Shown: positions 35,801-47,903 of the stretch, piece by piece
How positions within the stretch are numbered: the stretch's first letter is position 1
Layout: every line of letters starts with the position of its first letter
NCBI RefSeq assembly: GCF_000981445.1
Contig: NC_027217.1
Coordinates: forward strand, 744,001 to 808,000
DNA length: 64,000 nucleotides
Direction of reading: 5' to 3'
From: Babesia bigemina
Lineage: Eukaryota
Program-made: the position numbers and the translations under genes
Notes under the pieces: model-generated
Database searches by the model: none
What the model was told of the DNA's origin: nothing
The model's input: only the letters and a program-made list of their open reading frames with translations

Positions 35801-37901
35801 GTGATATCGGGAGCATCGATATGGGAGTGCCAATGTAGTAACTGTGTACTACGCTATTGATACGGCAAAGCTAGTGCCGTCAAGATGCGGGGGAAGGCGG
35901 TGCAAAGACCGCTGAAACTTCGATTATAAACGAAGCCGGCGCTAGTTTTGTATCACAGCAACTGTATCAAAATCTAGGGATACGCACAAATGCGTACTAG
36001 TCGTTGCACTGGCTGCTGACGCAATACACGACTGCGAAGCGGCTAAAATGCAACGCGCCGAATGGGAGTTAGCAGGTGGATAACGACCGATAATACCTTA
36101 GGTACACAAAAGTCGTGTACCGTCTGTATTTCTACCCCTGAATCACGTGGGCGGAAATAAACGCAAATTCTGCACGGGAATGGTGGTATACATTATCACG
36201 TTGAGCCAGGGAGGTGGGCCGACTGTAGACCATCGCGTAGCTGGAAGTCGGTGCAAGGGCTAATATTCATCTCAAACCGTCCACTCTATAATGAGGATCT
36301 CAAGGTATTCACCGAGAACCCAAACACACTGGGGGCGTGATCCGGATCACGGAAGATGCAAACTCACGCAAGGGCATTGACGTGGCTGGCAAAATCACAG
36401 AATGCGCATTCAGATTAGAATCGCTGGTTAAAATGGAGTTACTTGATGTAAGAGTAAACGGTCAATACACGAATACACCTTCAGAGTGATGGCCTACTGC
36501 AGCGAGAGGGCACAGATGGACATTCCTCTCTAGATCTAAAGCGAAGCCAATCCTACGCTCGTATATGCAAATGTGTTCTCATCACGAAACTGTGGTTGTA
36601 GTAAACACAGCACTCTTTATACACGCGGGCCAATCGGATGGACTCTTGGGCTGGTTTCGCTTATGCTGCAGATGAGATGCCCATGAGTGGTGTAATGCTA
36701 TCATGGCAATTGATATATGAATCCACGTGCACCAACAACACCGGAACGTACCATCGCAGGCTTATTACAAGTACAACCAACTTGGTCTGATACATATATC
36801 GCAAGGCCAGTTATGGGCACATCGCTCGACCTTACGTCCGACATCTGGTGGGTGGTTCACTTCCGTGCAGGAGTATTTGGCTAACTGATGGGGAGCTTTC
36901 AGGGGTGTATACACATACAGGATACCACTGTCAGCAGTGCTGTGCCAGTGGTTGTACAGAATACCGAGCAACTGGAATTCTGATTATTAATGTAACTGAA
37001 AAAGTAAAACTCTTTCCCCGATTTGTCGCTTTTATTCGATGTTAGTCTCCTAGACATACAGTATAACGAGATTGTGGCAGTATATATAGCAGACAAGGTA
37101 AATTTGTGCGCAATCGATAAGTCGTTGCCCCCTGCCTCGTCTGCTGCCCTTCGCTACAGCGGTTTGTTGTGGAGAAGGTTAACACACACAAAGGGCAACC
37201 TACGGTATAATATAGATTTATACTTTTAACTTCTGTCGCACTGGCAGATTTTAAAGAGGCGGCGGTGCCACCTCACGACGTCAGCAGACGCGACCGCTAC
37301 GTGGCCCATTTGGGCAGCTGATAAATACCATGCTAAGTGAGACAGTGTATTATCTGTTAGGTGATAGGATAGCATAACAGTCGTTCGGCGTACAAGCGGA
37401 TGATCTGTGGAGGCGCACTCATGGGGATATGCTGGGAGATACGGGAATATAAGGGAATGTTAGGAGGACGAGCCGGCGCGAAACCCGGAAAGTTGAGCCG
37501 AATTTAGAGGAAATATTGCAGCGGGCACCTAGATCAGAATGCGGGATCCTGAACATGCCACCATATACTAGCGAAGGCTCGGCGTGTCCTGCGGAGGCAG
37601 CACGAGGGTAATGTCTCCGACAGAGCGTGCAGTTGAGATAGCGCCATTGGATCATATGCAGTCGAATCGACCGTAATTTCCAGTACGCTTACAAAGAACG
37701 GTACCCATAAACGCAATATTTTTGGATGTCCACGGTATATCACCGTTGCTGGATGTGGAATCACGGTTGCCCCAGCAGAGCGTCGACGTCATGCTAGATG
37801 TGTGGACGAAACCCCCTTCGGCGTCGCTTCTTCGACTATGGTAGAAACGTAAGGTACGTTGTTCGTCATTATGCACGGTAGATCGATTAGGTTGCGCGAA
37901 T

Positions 37902-38225
37902 ATGAATAAGACGCCTGAGTATGCGGGCTTCACGCTTCGCTGCGTCGCCGCTTCTGTAGTTCTTGTTATCGTGATCGTAGTTATAATAATGCTATTTGAT
38001 GTATATCGGGAGTCTCTCTTGAAACTATACTACTTCTTGAGAGATGAACCGGATGCCTTCGATAAATCAAGGTCCTATCCCGCAGCAAGGGTGGACTTCG
38101 GCATCAATATGGAGCCATTACTTAAGAAACCAGAAGTTGAGATTGACACACCACCCACGACATTCTCCGCCACCAACTCCTGGAATTTCTATGAACCAAA
38201 TAAGCCCACAGTGTTAAACATGTGA
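37902..38225 (+). CDS. Small single-pass membrane protein (107 aa)
   Basis: ATG-initiated ORF with a strong TM segment, VAASVVLVIVIVVIIMLF. Confidence 0.5.
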   Translation: MNKTPEYAGFTLRCVAASVVLVIVIVVIIMLFDVYRESLLKLYYFLRDEPDAFDKSRSYPAARVDFGINMEPLLKKPEVEIDTPPTTFSATNSWNFYEPNKPTVLNM

Positions 38226-39100
38226 CGGCAGCGCGCATCCTCATCGCATGTTCGTGTTCTGGCATAACTCGACTTCGGACTCCGTCCGTCAATACAACAT
38301 TAGTATCGCAATAATTGGTTTGGAATAATTTTTAATATAGTCTTCTACGCCTCACTTGTCTACTCTGTTCGTGTGCCGCCGCCTCCGCCAAATGGCACTG
38401 TCTTTTCTCTCGTCTTGCGGTTTCATGAGACATTCTTCTGATGGTTCATTATAGAATCTAATTGCATATCATGCGAGCGAAACACGTTGCCCGGATCTTC
38501 GGTATCACGAGCATCGCTCTCTGGAAGAAGTAACGCCCGCCCGCGTACAGCAAGAACACCCGTTCCTGAGCGATGCGTTCAGGCCACCAGCAGTATCAAT
38601 CAGAACCGTCTTGTGGTCGCACTTCATCCCTATTTGCCACACTAAAAAGCTATTTTTTCGGCACCAATGGTTCACGTCGTCAATCTGATCGTGGTCAACC
38701 TTCCGCACGCTGTAGCGTAGGCCAACCCTGAACATTATCAACGAGGAGCGGTATACACGATGCGAATCAACACGTGACGTGCAATCATTACCCATCCAAA
38801 GCATCAAAACAAACGTCATGCACTCATGTACCACCACGTGGACTGTTCGCAGCATCTTGAGCGTTTCTAATGCAGGGCGTCGCTCTGCCATGTGCTACAG
38901 CGATGTACTTCGCATGGACGGAATGAGATCCATCAGACCGATCTACAAAAAAAGGGTTATGCGAACCGATCCTCTGATCCACAAGAGAGCGTAATTCTCA
39001 AATGCGACCACGGAAGAGGCGACTACTCGTTAGGTATTCATAGTTAGCAATTAGCTCCAAGATTAAAACGCTGTTCACCCAAGTAAACAGAATCTTGAGA

Positions 39101-39508
39101 TCACTTCTTCTTTCCAGCAGTACATTTGGCCTTCTCCTTGCCCCTGACCTTCTTGCGCCTGTTCTTGAGCTCCTTCTTGGCGCGGCGACCCATCTCCTTT
39201 GGTGCCTCCTCGAGGCCGAGGCGCACCTGGCGGTACTGGCGCTCGTACTTCTTAAGGTTGGCGACAGTGTCGTAGATGAGGCAGTAGCCGGTGCTCATGC
39301 CACCACCGAAGTAGGTCTTGAACCCGAAGAGGACCATGGTCTTGGGGTCCTTGATTTTGAACTGCTTCGCGATACGGTCCCTGAGGTCACTCTTGGAGAC
39401 GTTTGCCCTGCCCGGGTGGAGAACATCTAGGCAGAACTGCTTGCGGGAAAGCAGGGGGTTCGTCATGAATTTCTTCACGCGAATGGAGAACTGGTCGTTG
39501 GTCGCCAT
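39101..39508 (-). CDS. RPS24: 40S ribosomal protein S24 (eS24)
   Basis: KKFMTNPLLSRKQF, DVLHPGRANVSK, FGFKTYFGGG and KELKNRRKKVRG. Confidence 0.97.
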   Translation of the reverse strand: MATNDQFSIRVKKFMTNPLLSRKQFCLDVLHPGRANVSKSDLRDRIAKQFKIKDPKTMVLFGFKTYFGGGMSTGYCLIYDTVANLKKYERQYRQVRLGLEEAPKEMGRRAKKELKNRRKKVRGKEKAKCTAGKKK

Positions 39509-40418
39509 CTTGTGGTGTTCACTAGTGAACAAGTACCGATACGTGAGGAGCCCGTCCTATACGCTGAACCTGTAAAACCGTTGAGCAAATACTAGCGGTC
39601 ATGGAGTGTCACGGAACCACGGTAAAGCGACGCAGAGCACCAAACAAAGAAGGCAACATCACACTACACGGTCAAGCGCCACTGCCACGCTGCATCCGCA
39701 CCCACCCTTTTATCCCTATATACATAAAACTAATACACATTACATGGGACAAACGCGCTGCGGTGAAGCAGAGAAAGAGCTGAGAGCGCGCAACCCCGTC
39801 GGTCGTCCGCCCACTAGGTAACATCAAAGCAGAACCCACCTTCTTGTCGTGACGGAGCAAGTAGTTCAGCAACACATGAATTTATATTATAAAAGCAATC
39901 TGTATGGTGAACGCCAGCCGAGGTTGTGGACAGTTTTAGGCGTCGGCCCGAAATGGGGTGCGGCCGCTGTGCCGACTGGGAGGGAACCCCGGCCGACGTG
40001 AATGACACTTGCAATGCCCGATGCGCTCCTATTGGACAATATACGTGATATTCGCGTGGCTGCTGTTGCACAGACGTGTGTCTGATTTGGGCAGTCGGAT
40101 GTACGACTATCGTGGTTGCCAATCGTATTCCTGTTCAATTGGCGCACTTCTATGACGCGGTTGGTTGCGCGAAACCACCCACATTACTGACACATCTGAT
40201 TAGTTGAAAAAGTTGCCATTTGCGCGCCACTAGTTTTCATTTGACAGTGGGCGATGTGTGTCGGCGTAGAGTCCCTTCGAGGTTACTCGGAATCGACAAT
40301 AACGCTGTATATTACAGATGCGGTGTTGTGTTCAAAAGTTGCACCATGTACATTACTCGTCTACCGTTCCTTGCGGTCAGCCGCATTACGCAATCCCGTC
40401 GCCCTGCTGCACTGTGAA

Positions 40419-42875
40419 TCAGTCCGTTGGAGGTTGATTCGCCGTCGCTGGCTTCGTGTTGGTTGCCGGGTGTTGTTCCAGTTCCGGCGGCACGTTGTTC
40501 TCCGTGGTGATCAACTGCTGCTTGAGGTCGTAGAATATGGCCGAGTCGTCATCGGTGACAAGCGAGATTGCCAACCCCTTAGCCCCGGCCCTACCGGTGC
40601 GCCCTGTATTTCTATGCAGGTGGCGTTCATTGGTTTGCCTTACCTATTCTGTGCGTGTACGTCTGTATGTCCTTGGGCATGTCAAAGTTGATAACTGCAG
40701 TCACGCCTTTGACGTCGAGGCCACGGCCGATGACGTCCGTTGCCACCAGTATGTCGTACTCCCCCGATTTGAAGCTTTCGATCGCGCCTTCACGGATGTC
40801 CTGGTTCTTGCCTCCGTGCAGCGCTATCGCCCTGCGTGCATTATAAATGGGCGCTGCGCAACGGACCTGTAGCCCATGTTAACAATGTGCCTGGCCACCA
40901 CATCGGCGACCTTCTTCATGTTGACGAACACTATGATTGGTCCTTCCAGCCCCTCTAGAATGTCTTCCAGTTTTTGTTTTTTGCGCGCTTCGGTTACAAA
41001 CTCGAGTCGCTGCGTGATTGACTTTTTACCGCTGCCAATGTCACCAATAGCCACGAATACTGGCGACCTGAGGTACTTTTTGGTCAGTTTCTCCACAGCG
41101 GGAGGCATGGTGGCTGAGAACATCTGCGTGATGCGGTACCTGCGGTAACCCGCCTTGGTCTTCAGTTCCTAATGCACGATGAGCTGGGCAGGGCACCAGT
41201 GCACATACCTCTTGGAGGGCAACGTCCTCGTCGTAGTCCTTGAGGTTGGACGTTGGTATGCAATCAAGGATCTCGTTTACGATGTCCTCGAAACCCATGT
41301 CGATCATACGATCCGCCTCGTCGAGAATAACGTAGTTGCATTGCGATAGCACTGTGTATGACCTGTCTAGGCAGTCCTTGATGCGCCCGGGAGTGCCGAT
41401 GATAATCTCCGCCCCGTTGCGCAATTCGAACCCCTGCTGCTCGATGCTGTGCCCTCCCACTACCAGCACCGCGCGGGTTTTGCAGAGCGCGGAGAACTTA
41501 ACGGTCTCCTGGTGTATTTGCTGCGCCAATTCTCGGGTAGGCGCCATGGTTAGCGAATACGGCCCATCTCGCGCCGTTTCCTCATTCAGCAACGGCAATG
41601 ATTTAACGTACGTAATCATCGGGAGCACAAACGCGAGCGTTTTCCCGGAACCCGTCTCCGCAATGCCTATGAGGTCTCTCATCTGCAGCCCGACGGGTAT
41701 GGCCTGCATTTGGATCGGCGTCGGCGAGGAGAATCCCGCCTTCTTGATCGCCTGCAAAATTTCCCAGGGGAGATCAGATTCCGACCACGTGCGTATCGGA
41801 GGCGGCACGCGGCTACCCTTGACAGATATGTCAAAGTCTTCACGGACAATGCGCCAGTCGCGATCTGTCATTTGTTCGCGCGTCTTGGACGACCAATGTG
41901 AGTCGATAGCTTCCTGATCTCTTGTGTCTGCGTCGTCTAGTCCACCCTTCGATACCCTAGACCGCACAGTCCGGTCGGCTGAATGCACAGAGAGCGACAC
42001 TGAACGTCCTGAGTCACTGCCCGTACCACTCGCGCCGCGGCGTCTGGATAGCTCGTCATAGAAATTGCTGCCCTTCCGCTGCTCCACCACATCTATGCCT
42101 GCCCTGCACCCTCTGCCGAACAGCAGCTGGGGCTCCGGCCTGTTTTGGTAGATGGGATTGTTATCGTTCACTGATGTGTCCTCTGAATTGTCCCATTCGA
42201 AGTTAAAGACGGTTTTGAATTTCTCCGAGGGCTTTTTGACTTTCTTCTTCTCCTGTCTGATTCCCAGGTAATGTTGCCGAATTTGCTCTAACTCCTTTTC
42301 GATGAGTCGCGGCCTGACTTCTGCCTCTGGCAAGGAGAGCAAGTTGAGCCCCGCCAGGTCGCTGTTTGCTAGATTATGCGCGTTCGTTTGCGATTGAGCC
42401 CCTTCACCGGCCTCGTGTTTAGGCTTGTTCTCCCCTTCTCGTATGCGCTCTATTTCCCTGCGTTTGTGCCTATCCCGGCGCTCAGACTCTCTGTTCGATT
42501 CCTGATAGAGGCGTCAGCGACAAAAAATGATTGAACTAACTGCCTGCTTTATGTACTCCATTCGCACCTTTTTTATCGCTTCCTCGCGTTGACGCATCTC
42601 GTCCTCTGCCTTCTTCGCCTCCTCTTCCAGCCGCTTCTCCCTCTGCGCCTTGGGGATGTATACCACCTGAAAAAAGCCATAAAAAGGCCATTCGTAGATA
42701 GAATTACCTTTGGTGGCTGAGAAGCTGCAGCGCTATCGCCTCCTGGCCTGGCGCTCACTGCTTTAAGTCCTTCTCGGCCGGCAAGCAGGCCGCCCATCGG
42801 TCTCTTGGCCACGCTGCCAGTGCTGGCACCGGCAGCCAATCCGCGCTTGGCGCCGCTGCCACCAAACGTTATCAT
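40419..42875 (-). CDS. PRP28: DEAD-box splicing helicase PRP28/DDX23, multi-exon
   Basis: FEWDNSEDTS, MTDRDWRIVREDF, AETGSGKT, LDEADRMIDMGFE, MFSATMPP and an HRIGRTGRAG-type motif VI across an intron. Confidence 0.93.
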
Positions 42876-43303
42876 CTTTATGCGATTGACGTGCTTCTAT
42901 CTACGCGTATAATTTTACGTATCTCCGGAACAGCTCCATTCGGCCGGAACGCTCAAATGTGTCACTGCTTTGGGCAGATTCACCGGGATACGCGGCACAT
43001 GTAAGGCGTATTTTCACGTTTAGTAGCGCGCTGAATTGCGGCATTCACAAGCCCTGGGAACGTGTGACTCGGGAGAACAAAGCACTCGATTCTTGTGACC
43101 TCAGACAGGCGTCAACGTCGCGCTCGCCATACGGGATCGGGCGGCGCGACCATACACATTCCCCAAATTTTCGCCAATTCCTCGCAACATCCATTCATTA
43201 AGCTGCGGATTTATCCGTTGGCGGTGGCCTCTTTGGGAGGTTCCAGATGTGTACCCAGTCCCGGTGTGGAGATTCCTCCTTTTAATCGCGTTAGTAGGCC
43301 ACG

Positions 43304-45390
43304 ATGACAGCCTCCGAAGACGGATCCGTGTGGCACGGATTCCCGAAATCGCACTTGCTGCGTACCGTGATGCAGCTTCTGCTCGACATGGGCTACCGGT
43401 ATGTTCACTATTGTTTGCGACGTCGCTTATGCGTATCGTTTCTTCCGTCTGATATCGTTGTGATTAGTGCTCCAAAGGGCACACGTGCGTGACCTTGATT
43501 GTGCTCGTGCGAGTCGCATTGGCGGTACATTAGGTGCTGATAATGTCGCAGCGACACAGTGAAGACACTGGAGCGCGAGTCCTCCTGCACGTACCAGTGT
43601 CCCCGCGTGACCGAGCTGGAGGAAGCGGTTCGCATCGGCGACATGACAAACGCGCGCAGCATTCTATCGCAGTTGAAGCTCCCGCCGGAGATCCGGTCGG
43701 CGTGCTCGTTCTTGTGTTCGCAGCAGGACTTCGCCATGGCGCTCCACCGCCAAGAGTTCGACGAGGCATTACGAGTGTTGCGCGGTAAGGTTATTCATCA
43801 GTTGATAGAGTGTCTATCGTGTGTCACAATGTCTCTACTATTTGCCCAGATATCCTTCTCATGTCCCTCTACCAACTTCCGTGCTTGTCGTGCCTTTTAC
43901 TGCTCTTGATTGTCGTGCATTTTCTGCAACTTCCGTGTTTGTTCCTTTTACCAACCTTGATTGTCGTGTCTTTTCCCAGCATCCGGCATCATTCATCGTT
44001 TCACCAACCCGATGCGTTTACTCTGCAATATAATCCTAATCGCGTTTACGTCACCCATATTGTCGCAGAGGAGCTCTGCCCCTCGGCGTTTGACGAGGAC
44101 ACGCAGCGTCGCGTTCAGAAGTGCGCCAGTCTGCTCTCCTATCCATCCCCCGATGATGCGCTTCGCTCGGAGATCCACTGGGACGCCTCTAGCTCGCTGG
44201 GCGACCTGTGGCTGCGGCTGCGGCACCTGATATCGCCCGAGCTGTGCGTGCCCCCGAATCGGCTGCTGACGCTGCTGCGGCAAGCGGTGGAGTTGCAGGA
44301 GTTGTACTGCCCCCACCATGCGAGCTCCTTGGATGAACCGGGACCCCCGTCCCTCTACGAGGACCACACGTGCCCCGAGGTGGCGCCCCCTGCGCAATGC
44401 GTAGCTCGTCTGGAGGGCCACAGCGACGAGGTGTGGGACATCGTGCTGTCCCCCAACGGCCAGTACATCCTCACCGGCGGCAAGGACGAGAGCGTGATCC
44501 TTTGGAGCGCCAGCGAGCCCTTCGACCGCATCCATCAGTGGAACGACCACCAGGCGGTGGTCAGCAGCGTCAGCTGGTCTTCGGATTCTGAGCTGTGCGC
44601 GTCGATCGACAAGGACGGCGTGATTCTCCTCTGGTCGCCGCATTACGCGTGGTGCATCGGCGGCGTCGACCCGTCGGACGGCGTGCAGCTATGCATCTCT
44701 TGGGTGCCCGGCCGCCACGCCTTCTTGGCGAGCAACGCCGAACGGCAGGTGGTCCTCTACGAAGTTGAGAAGCCCTTTGGCAATGAAGGTGCAGCAGCGT
44801 CTGACCCGACCTCGCCGGACGAGTCGACTGGCGAGCCATCGGGATCCTCGGAATTGCGGTACACCGTGAAGGCTGCGCGCCGCTTTACGGTAAACTGCCG
44901 CATTCGCACCATCGCAGTGAACAAGGACGGCACCCTGGCGATCGGCGCCTCGCCCGACCGGCTCACGCATCTCATCGACATTGCGACGTTCCGGGAGCTG
45001 CCTCCGCTGCCCGAGCACTCCAACGTCACCATGGTGGCCTGCAGCGCGCTGCACAACCAGGTGCTGCTGAGCGTGGCGGGTCGCTATCCGGTGATTCGGC
45101 TGTGGGACCTCGACGAGCGGCGCGTGATACAGACGTACCGCGGTCACAGGGAGGACCGCTTCATCCTGCGGTGCGCTTTCGGCGGCCCCGACGAGCGCTT
45201 CGTGGTGAACGGCAGCGAGGACGCGCATATCTACATTTGGAACAAGCTCTTCGGTACGCTGGTGGCCGTGCTGCAGGCGCACTCGTCCACGGTGAACGGC
45301 ATTGCGTGGAGCACCCGCCCGGGCGGCTACCTGTTCAGCGTCTCCGACGACCACACGGTCGCCGTGTGGCAGCCGCTGCCTGCGCTATAG
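43304..45390 (+). CDS. WDR26: LisH/CTLH + WD40 protein (WDR26/GID7-like), multi-exon
   Basis: LRTVMQLLLDMGY (LisH-like), VPPNRLLTLLRQAVELQ, LEGHSDEVW, YRGHREDRFILRCAFGG and GSEDAHIYIWN. Confidence 0.85.
43873..43977 (+). repeat. Imperfect ~54-nt tandem duplication inside WDR26 intron 43785-44068
   Basis: caacttccgtg..cctttta..cttgattgtcgtg..ttttc occurs at 43873 and 43927. Confidence 0.75.
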
Positions 45391-45503
45391 GGTTGTGCGG
45401 TACATGTGGCATTAATGATTTTTGCGTGTTTCAGGGGCGTGCGTGTACCGGCCGGCGTCGGTCTAGGTATACATGTATATTACAGTGTAGCTTGGTGCCG
45501 CGC

Positions 45504-47903
45504 CTATGTCTTGTGCGGGGTTCCGTCGGGGAAGCCGGGGTTGAAGTACTCGGAGAGCGACGCTGGGTCGCTGCCTATGGTGAGTGTCCGCGAGAAGAGC
45601 GAGTTTAGCATCTCCAGCGACACTGGGCCCATGCCCGAGTTCCCGTTATCGGCCCCCATACTGCTTGCCCTCACGGCCTTGCCCTGATAGTGTTCTTCGC
45701 TTGCATTGAAGTTGGTGCCCCGCGAAATTCTCATTGAACTCAGTCCGTCTGCGAGATTGCTTTTCATGTTGTTGAAAGATTGTTGTTGGAAGAGTGTACC
45801 GTTGTCGCTCATGTTGTTTGGTGATGCGCCACGGTACACGGTGCTGCGTTGTACCTTGCGCAACAGGTCTCCTGCTATGTCCCTGTTGTTCCGGCCGCTC
45901 GCGTGGGCGTTTGATTTCGCGCCCTTGCTGAAATCGAGCTTCTGCTGGTCGGTGCGATGCGCTTCCTTGTGCGCCGCATTTACTTCGTTGTAGTGCTTTC
46001 GCGTGATTTTCGCCGCGATTCTTTTGCCTGACGACGCATTTTTGAGTTCGTCGATGTGCGGCTTTATCCTGTTGAGCAGTGCTCCGAGCTCGTCTGGCTG
46101 CGCGACGTTGAGCACCCGTTGGATAACATAGTTGCCGAATGGGTGGAGTATGAGCTCCTTGAGCACGTCGAAGGGCGCCTTGATGAAGCGTTCTATGAGT
46201 ATGCTTCTGAGATCAGGTGGACATATGATGAGGCACCTTTCAACGACGTTGGAGCTGAACTTTTGCTGTGCGAACAGGGTGGCCTTGGGTGCCAGTGCGT
46301 TAACGATTCGCATGTTGATGTCGTTGTCCTTAAGTTTGAGTGTGTATTGGATGACGTAGTTTCCGTACGCGTCTTCCACGAGGCGCAACACGTTCGTGGT
46401 GATGACCTCTACAAGTTGCTTCCGCTGCCGCTCGTTTGCGGCGTCGATACATCGCTGCATAACGCAGCAGCCGTGCCTATGTGTGGCCAGGCAAACACAA
46501 TTTTTGATTACTGCTTGATAAATGAACTCACAATCCTCTGCTGTGAGTGAGCTGAGACACTTTTGTATGACGTGGTTTCCGTTGAGGTCGGTGACCAGCT
46601 GCACCACTCCTGCGCTGAGCACGTGCGTCACCTTCCTGATGTGCTCTGGCGTCCTCAGAACCTCAATAAGTTTTTGGAGTGCCCTCGTTCCGTGCATGTT
46701 GAGAGCGACGTCTACTAGGCTTTTGCCAGCGGAATCGATGATCTTTGTCAAGTTGTTCTCGCAGCATACCGACATTAGCTTCTGACAGAGGTAGTTTCCG
46801 AAGGGATCCGTCATGAGCTCGAATAGGTTTTTACATACTCCTTCAAGTACTGAATTGATGAGCGCCTGGTCTTCCGACTCCAGCAGCTTCTGCAACATGC
46901 GGCACCCGGCCTGGTCCTTGGCAATAGCGCTGATGTTGTTGGAGACCTTGTCGCCGAGTATGCTGTTTTTGACCCAGGCGGGTGCGACAGTTGCATGCAT
47001 TGGTTTTAGCATGCTCTTACACTTGTTTGCGGGTGCCTTGTGGGCATTCGCGGCAAAATATTTGATGGCGGATATCTCGGACTGCCCACGCGTGAGTACG
47101 GGCTGTTCGCAATCCTCGCTTCTCTTTCCCCGCCTCCGAGCGGTGCGGCATAGTTTGTAATTTAGTCCAAAGTTTGCTTTGTGGTCTGATGTGTTGTCCT
47201 CTTGGCTGTATGCGCGCTCCACGTCATTGGAGCCGATGTCCAGGTGCGGCATTGACGTCTGTTTTTGCGCTGGTCGCGCACCACTATCGTAATTTCCTTC
47301 TCCGCACCCTCCGTATCCACTTGAACCGTTAGCTGGTTTTGGCGACACAATTTCGCGTATATTTATGCCTGCGTTGCACAGGCTTTCCAGGAGCTTGGGG
47401 TCCATGTCTGCGAGTCGACAGAGATTCACATCCGTGAAAACATCCGTTTTAGGCTCCAATACTGGCGTTTCCAGCTGCTTCAGCACCGATTCGGTGAGTG
47501 TATCGAACTTCAGCATCATGGCGCTGTTGTTCTTCAGCTCGGCGTCGTACGCGGCTTCCGAGTACCTCGTGGAATAGGAGTCGCATTGGTCATAATGCTC
47601 AAATACGTGCAGATCGTCGTGTGGATGTGTTACTTTGTCTTCATAGCGCTCCCTCGTGAGCGCCTCAAAAGTGTGGAAGGCACCGAGGTAGTCGGCGTGT
47701 GTAAGCGTCAAATCCGACTCCAACCCGTTCAAGTTGTCGAACGTCAGGACAGTATCGTCGGATGACGGGAAGGTCTGTCCGTGCCGCCCTAGGGGCAGGT
47801 CCAGGAATCCGTTGTCTACTGCATTGTCTTCACTTTCCGCTTTTTGCTGACTCGAGCCAAAATATGCCTCCTTCAGCCCACCTGAGCTTAGTGTGTTCGC
47901 CAT
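45504..47903 (-). CDS. PUF1: Pumilio/Puf RNA-binding protein (Puf1-like)
   Basis: Eight Puf repeats: GCRMLQ, GNYLCQ, GTRALQ, GNHVIQ, GCCVMQ, GNYVIQ, SSNVVE, GNYVIQ. Family is certain; the Puf1 orthology is inferred. Confidence 0.9.
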   Translation of the reverse strand: MANTLSSGGLKEAYFGSSQQKAESEDNAVDNGFLDLPLGRHGQTFPSSDDTVLTFDNLNGLESDLTLTHADYLGAFHTFEALTRERYEDKVTHPHDDLHVFEHYDQCDSYSTRYSEAAYDAELKNNSAMMLKFDTLTESVLKQLETPVLEPKTDVFTDVNLCRLADMDPKLLESLCNAGINIREIVSPKPANGSSGYGGCGEGNYDSGARPAQKQTSMPHLDIGSNDVERAYSQEDNTSDHKANFGLNYKLCRTARRRGKRSEDCEQPVLTRGQSEISAIKYFAANAHKAPANKCKSMLKPMHATVAPAWVKNSILGDKVSNNISAIAKDQAGCRMLQKLLESEDQALINSVLEGVCKNLFELMTDPFGNYLCQKLMSVCCENNLTKIIDSAGKSLVDVALNMHGTRALQKLIEVLRTPEHIRKVTHVLSAGVVQLVTDLNGNHVIQKCLSSLTAEDCEFIYQAVIKNCVCLATHRHGCCVMQRCIDAANERQRKQLVEVITTNVLRLVEDAYGNYVIQYTLKLKDNDINMRIVNALAPKATLFAQQKFSSNVVERCLIICPPDLRSILIERFIKAPFDVLKELILHPFGNYVIQRVLNVAQPDELGALLNRIKPHIDELKNASSGKRIAAKITRKHYNEVNAAHKEAHRTDQQKLDFSKGAKSNAHASGRNNRDIAGDLLRKVQRSTVYRGASPNNMSDNGTLFQQQSFNNMKSNLADGLSSMRISRGTNFNASEEHYQGKAVRASSMGADNGNSGMGPVSLEMLNSLFSRTLTIGSDPASLSEYFNPGFPDGTPHKT

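Noticed and set aside
36295..36390. Weak resemblance to a ves N-terminal motif (FTENPNTL..RIT)
   Set aside because: Too short and interrupted to distinguish from chance without a search.
38392..38994. Possible small spliced gene (SLEEVTPARVQQEHPFLSDAFRPP..)
   Set aside because: Coding-like stretch, but no consistent start or exon chain could be built.
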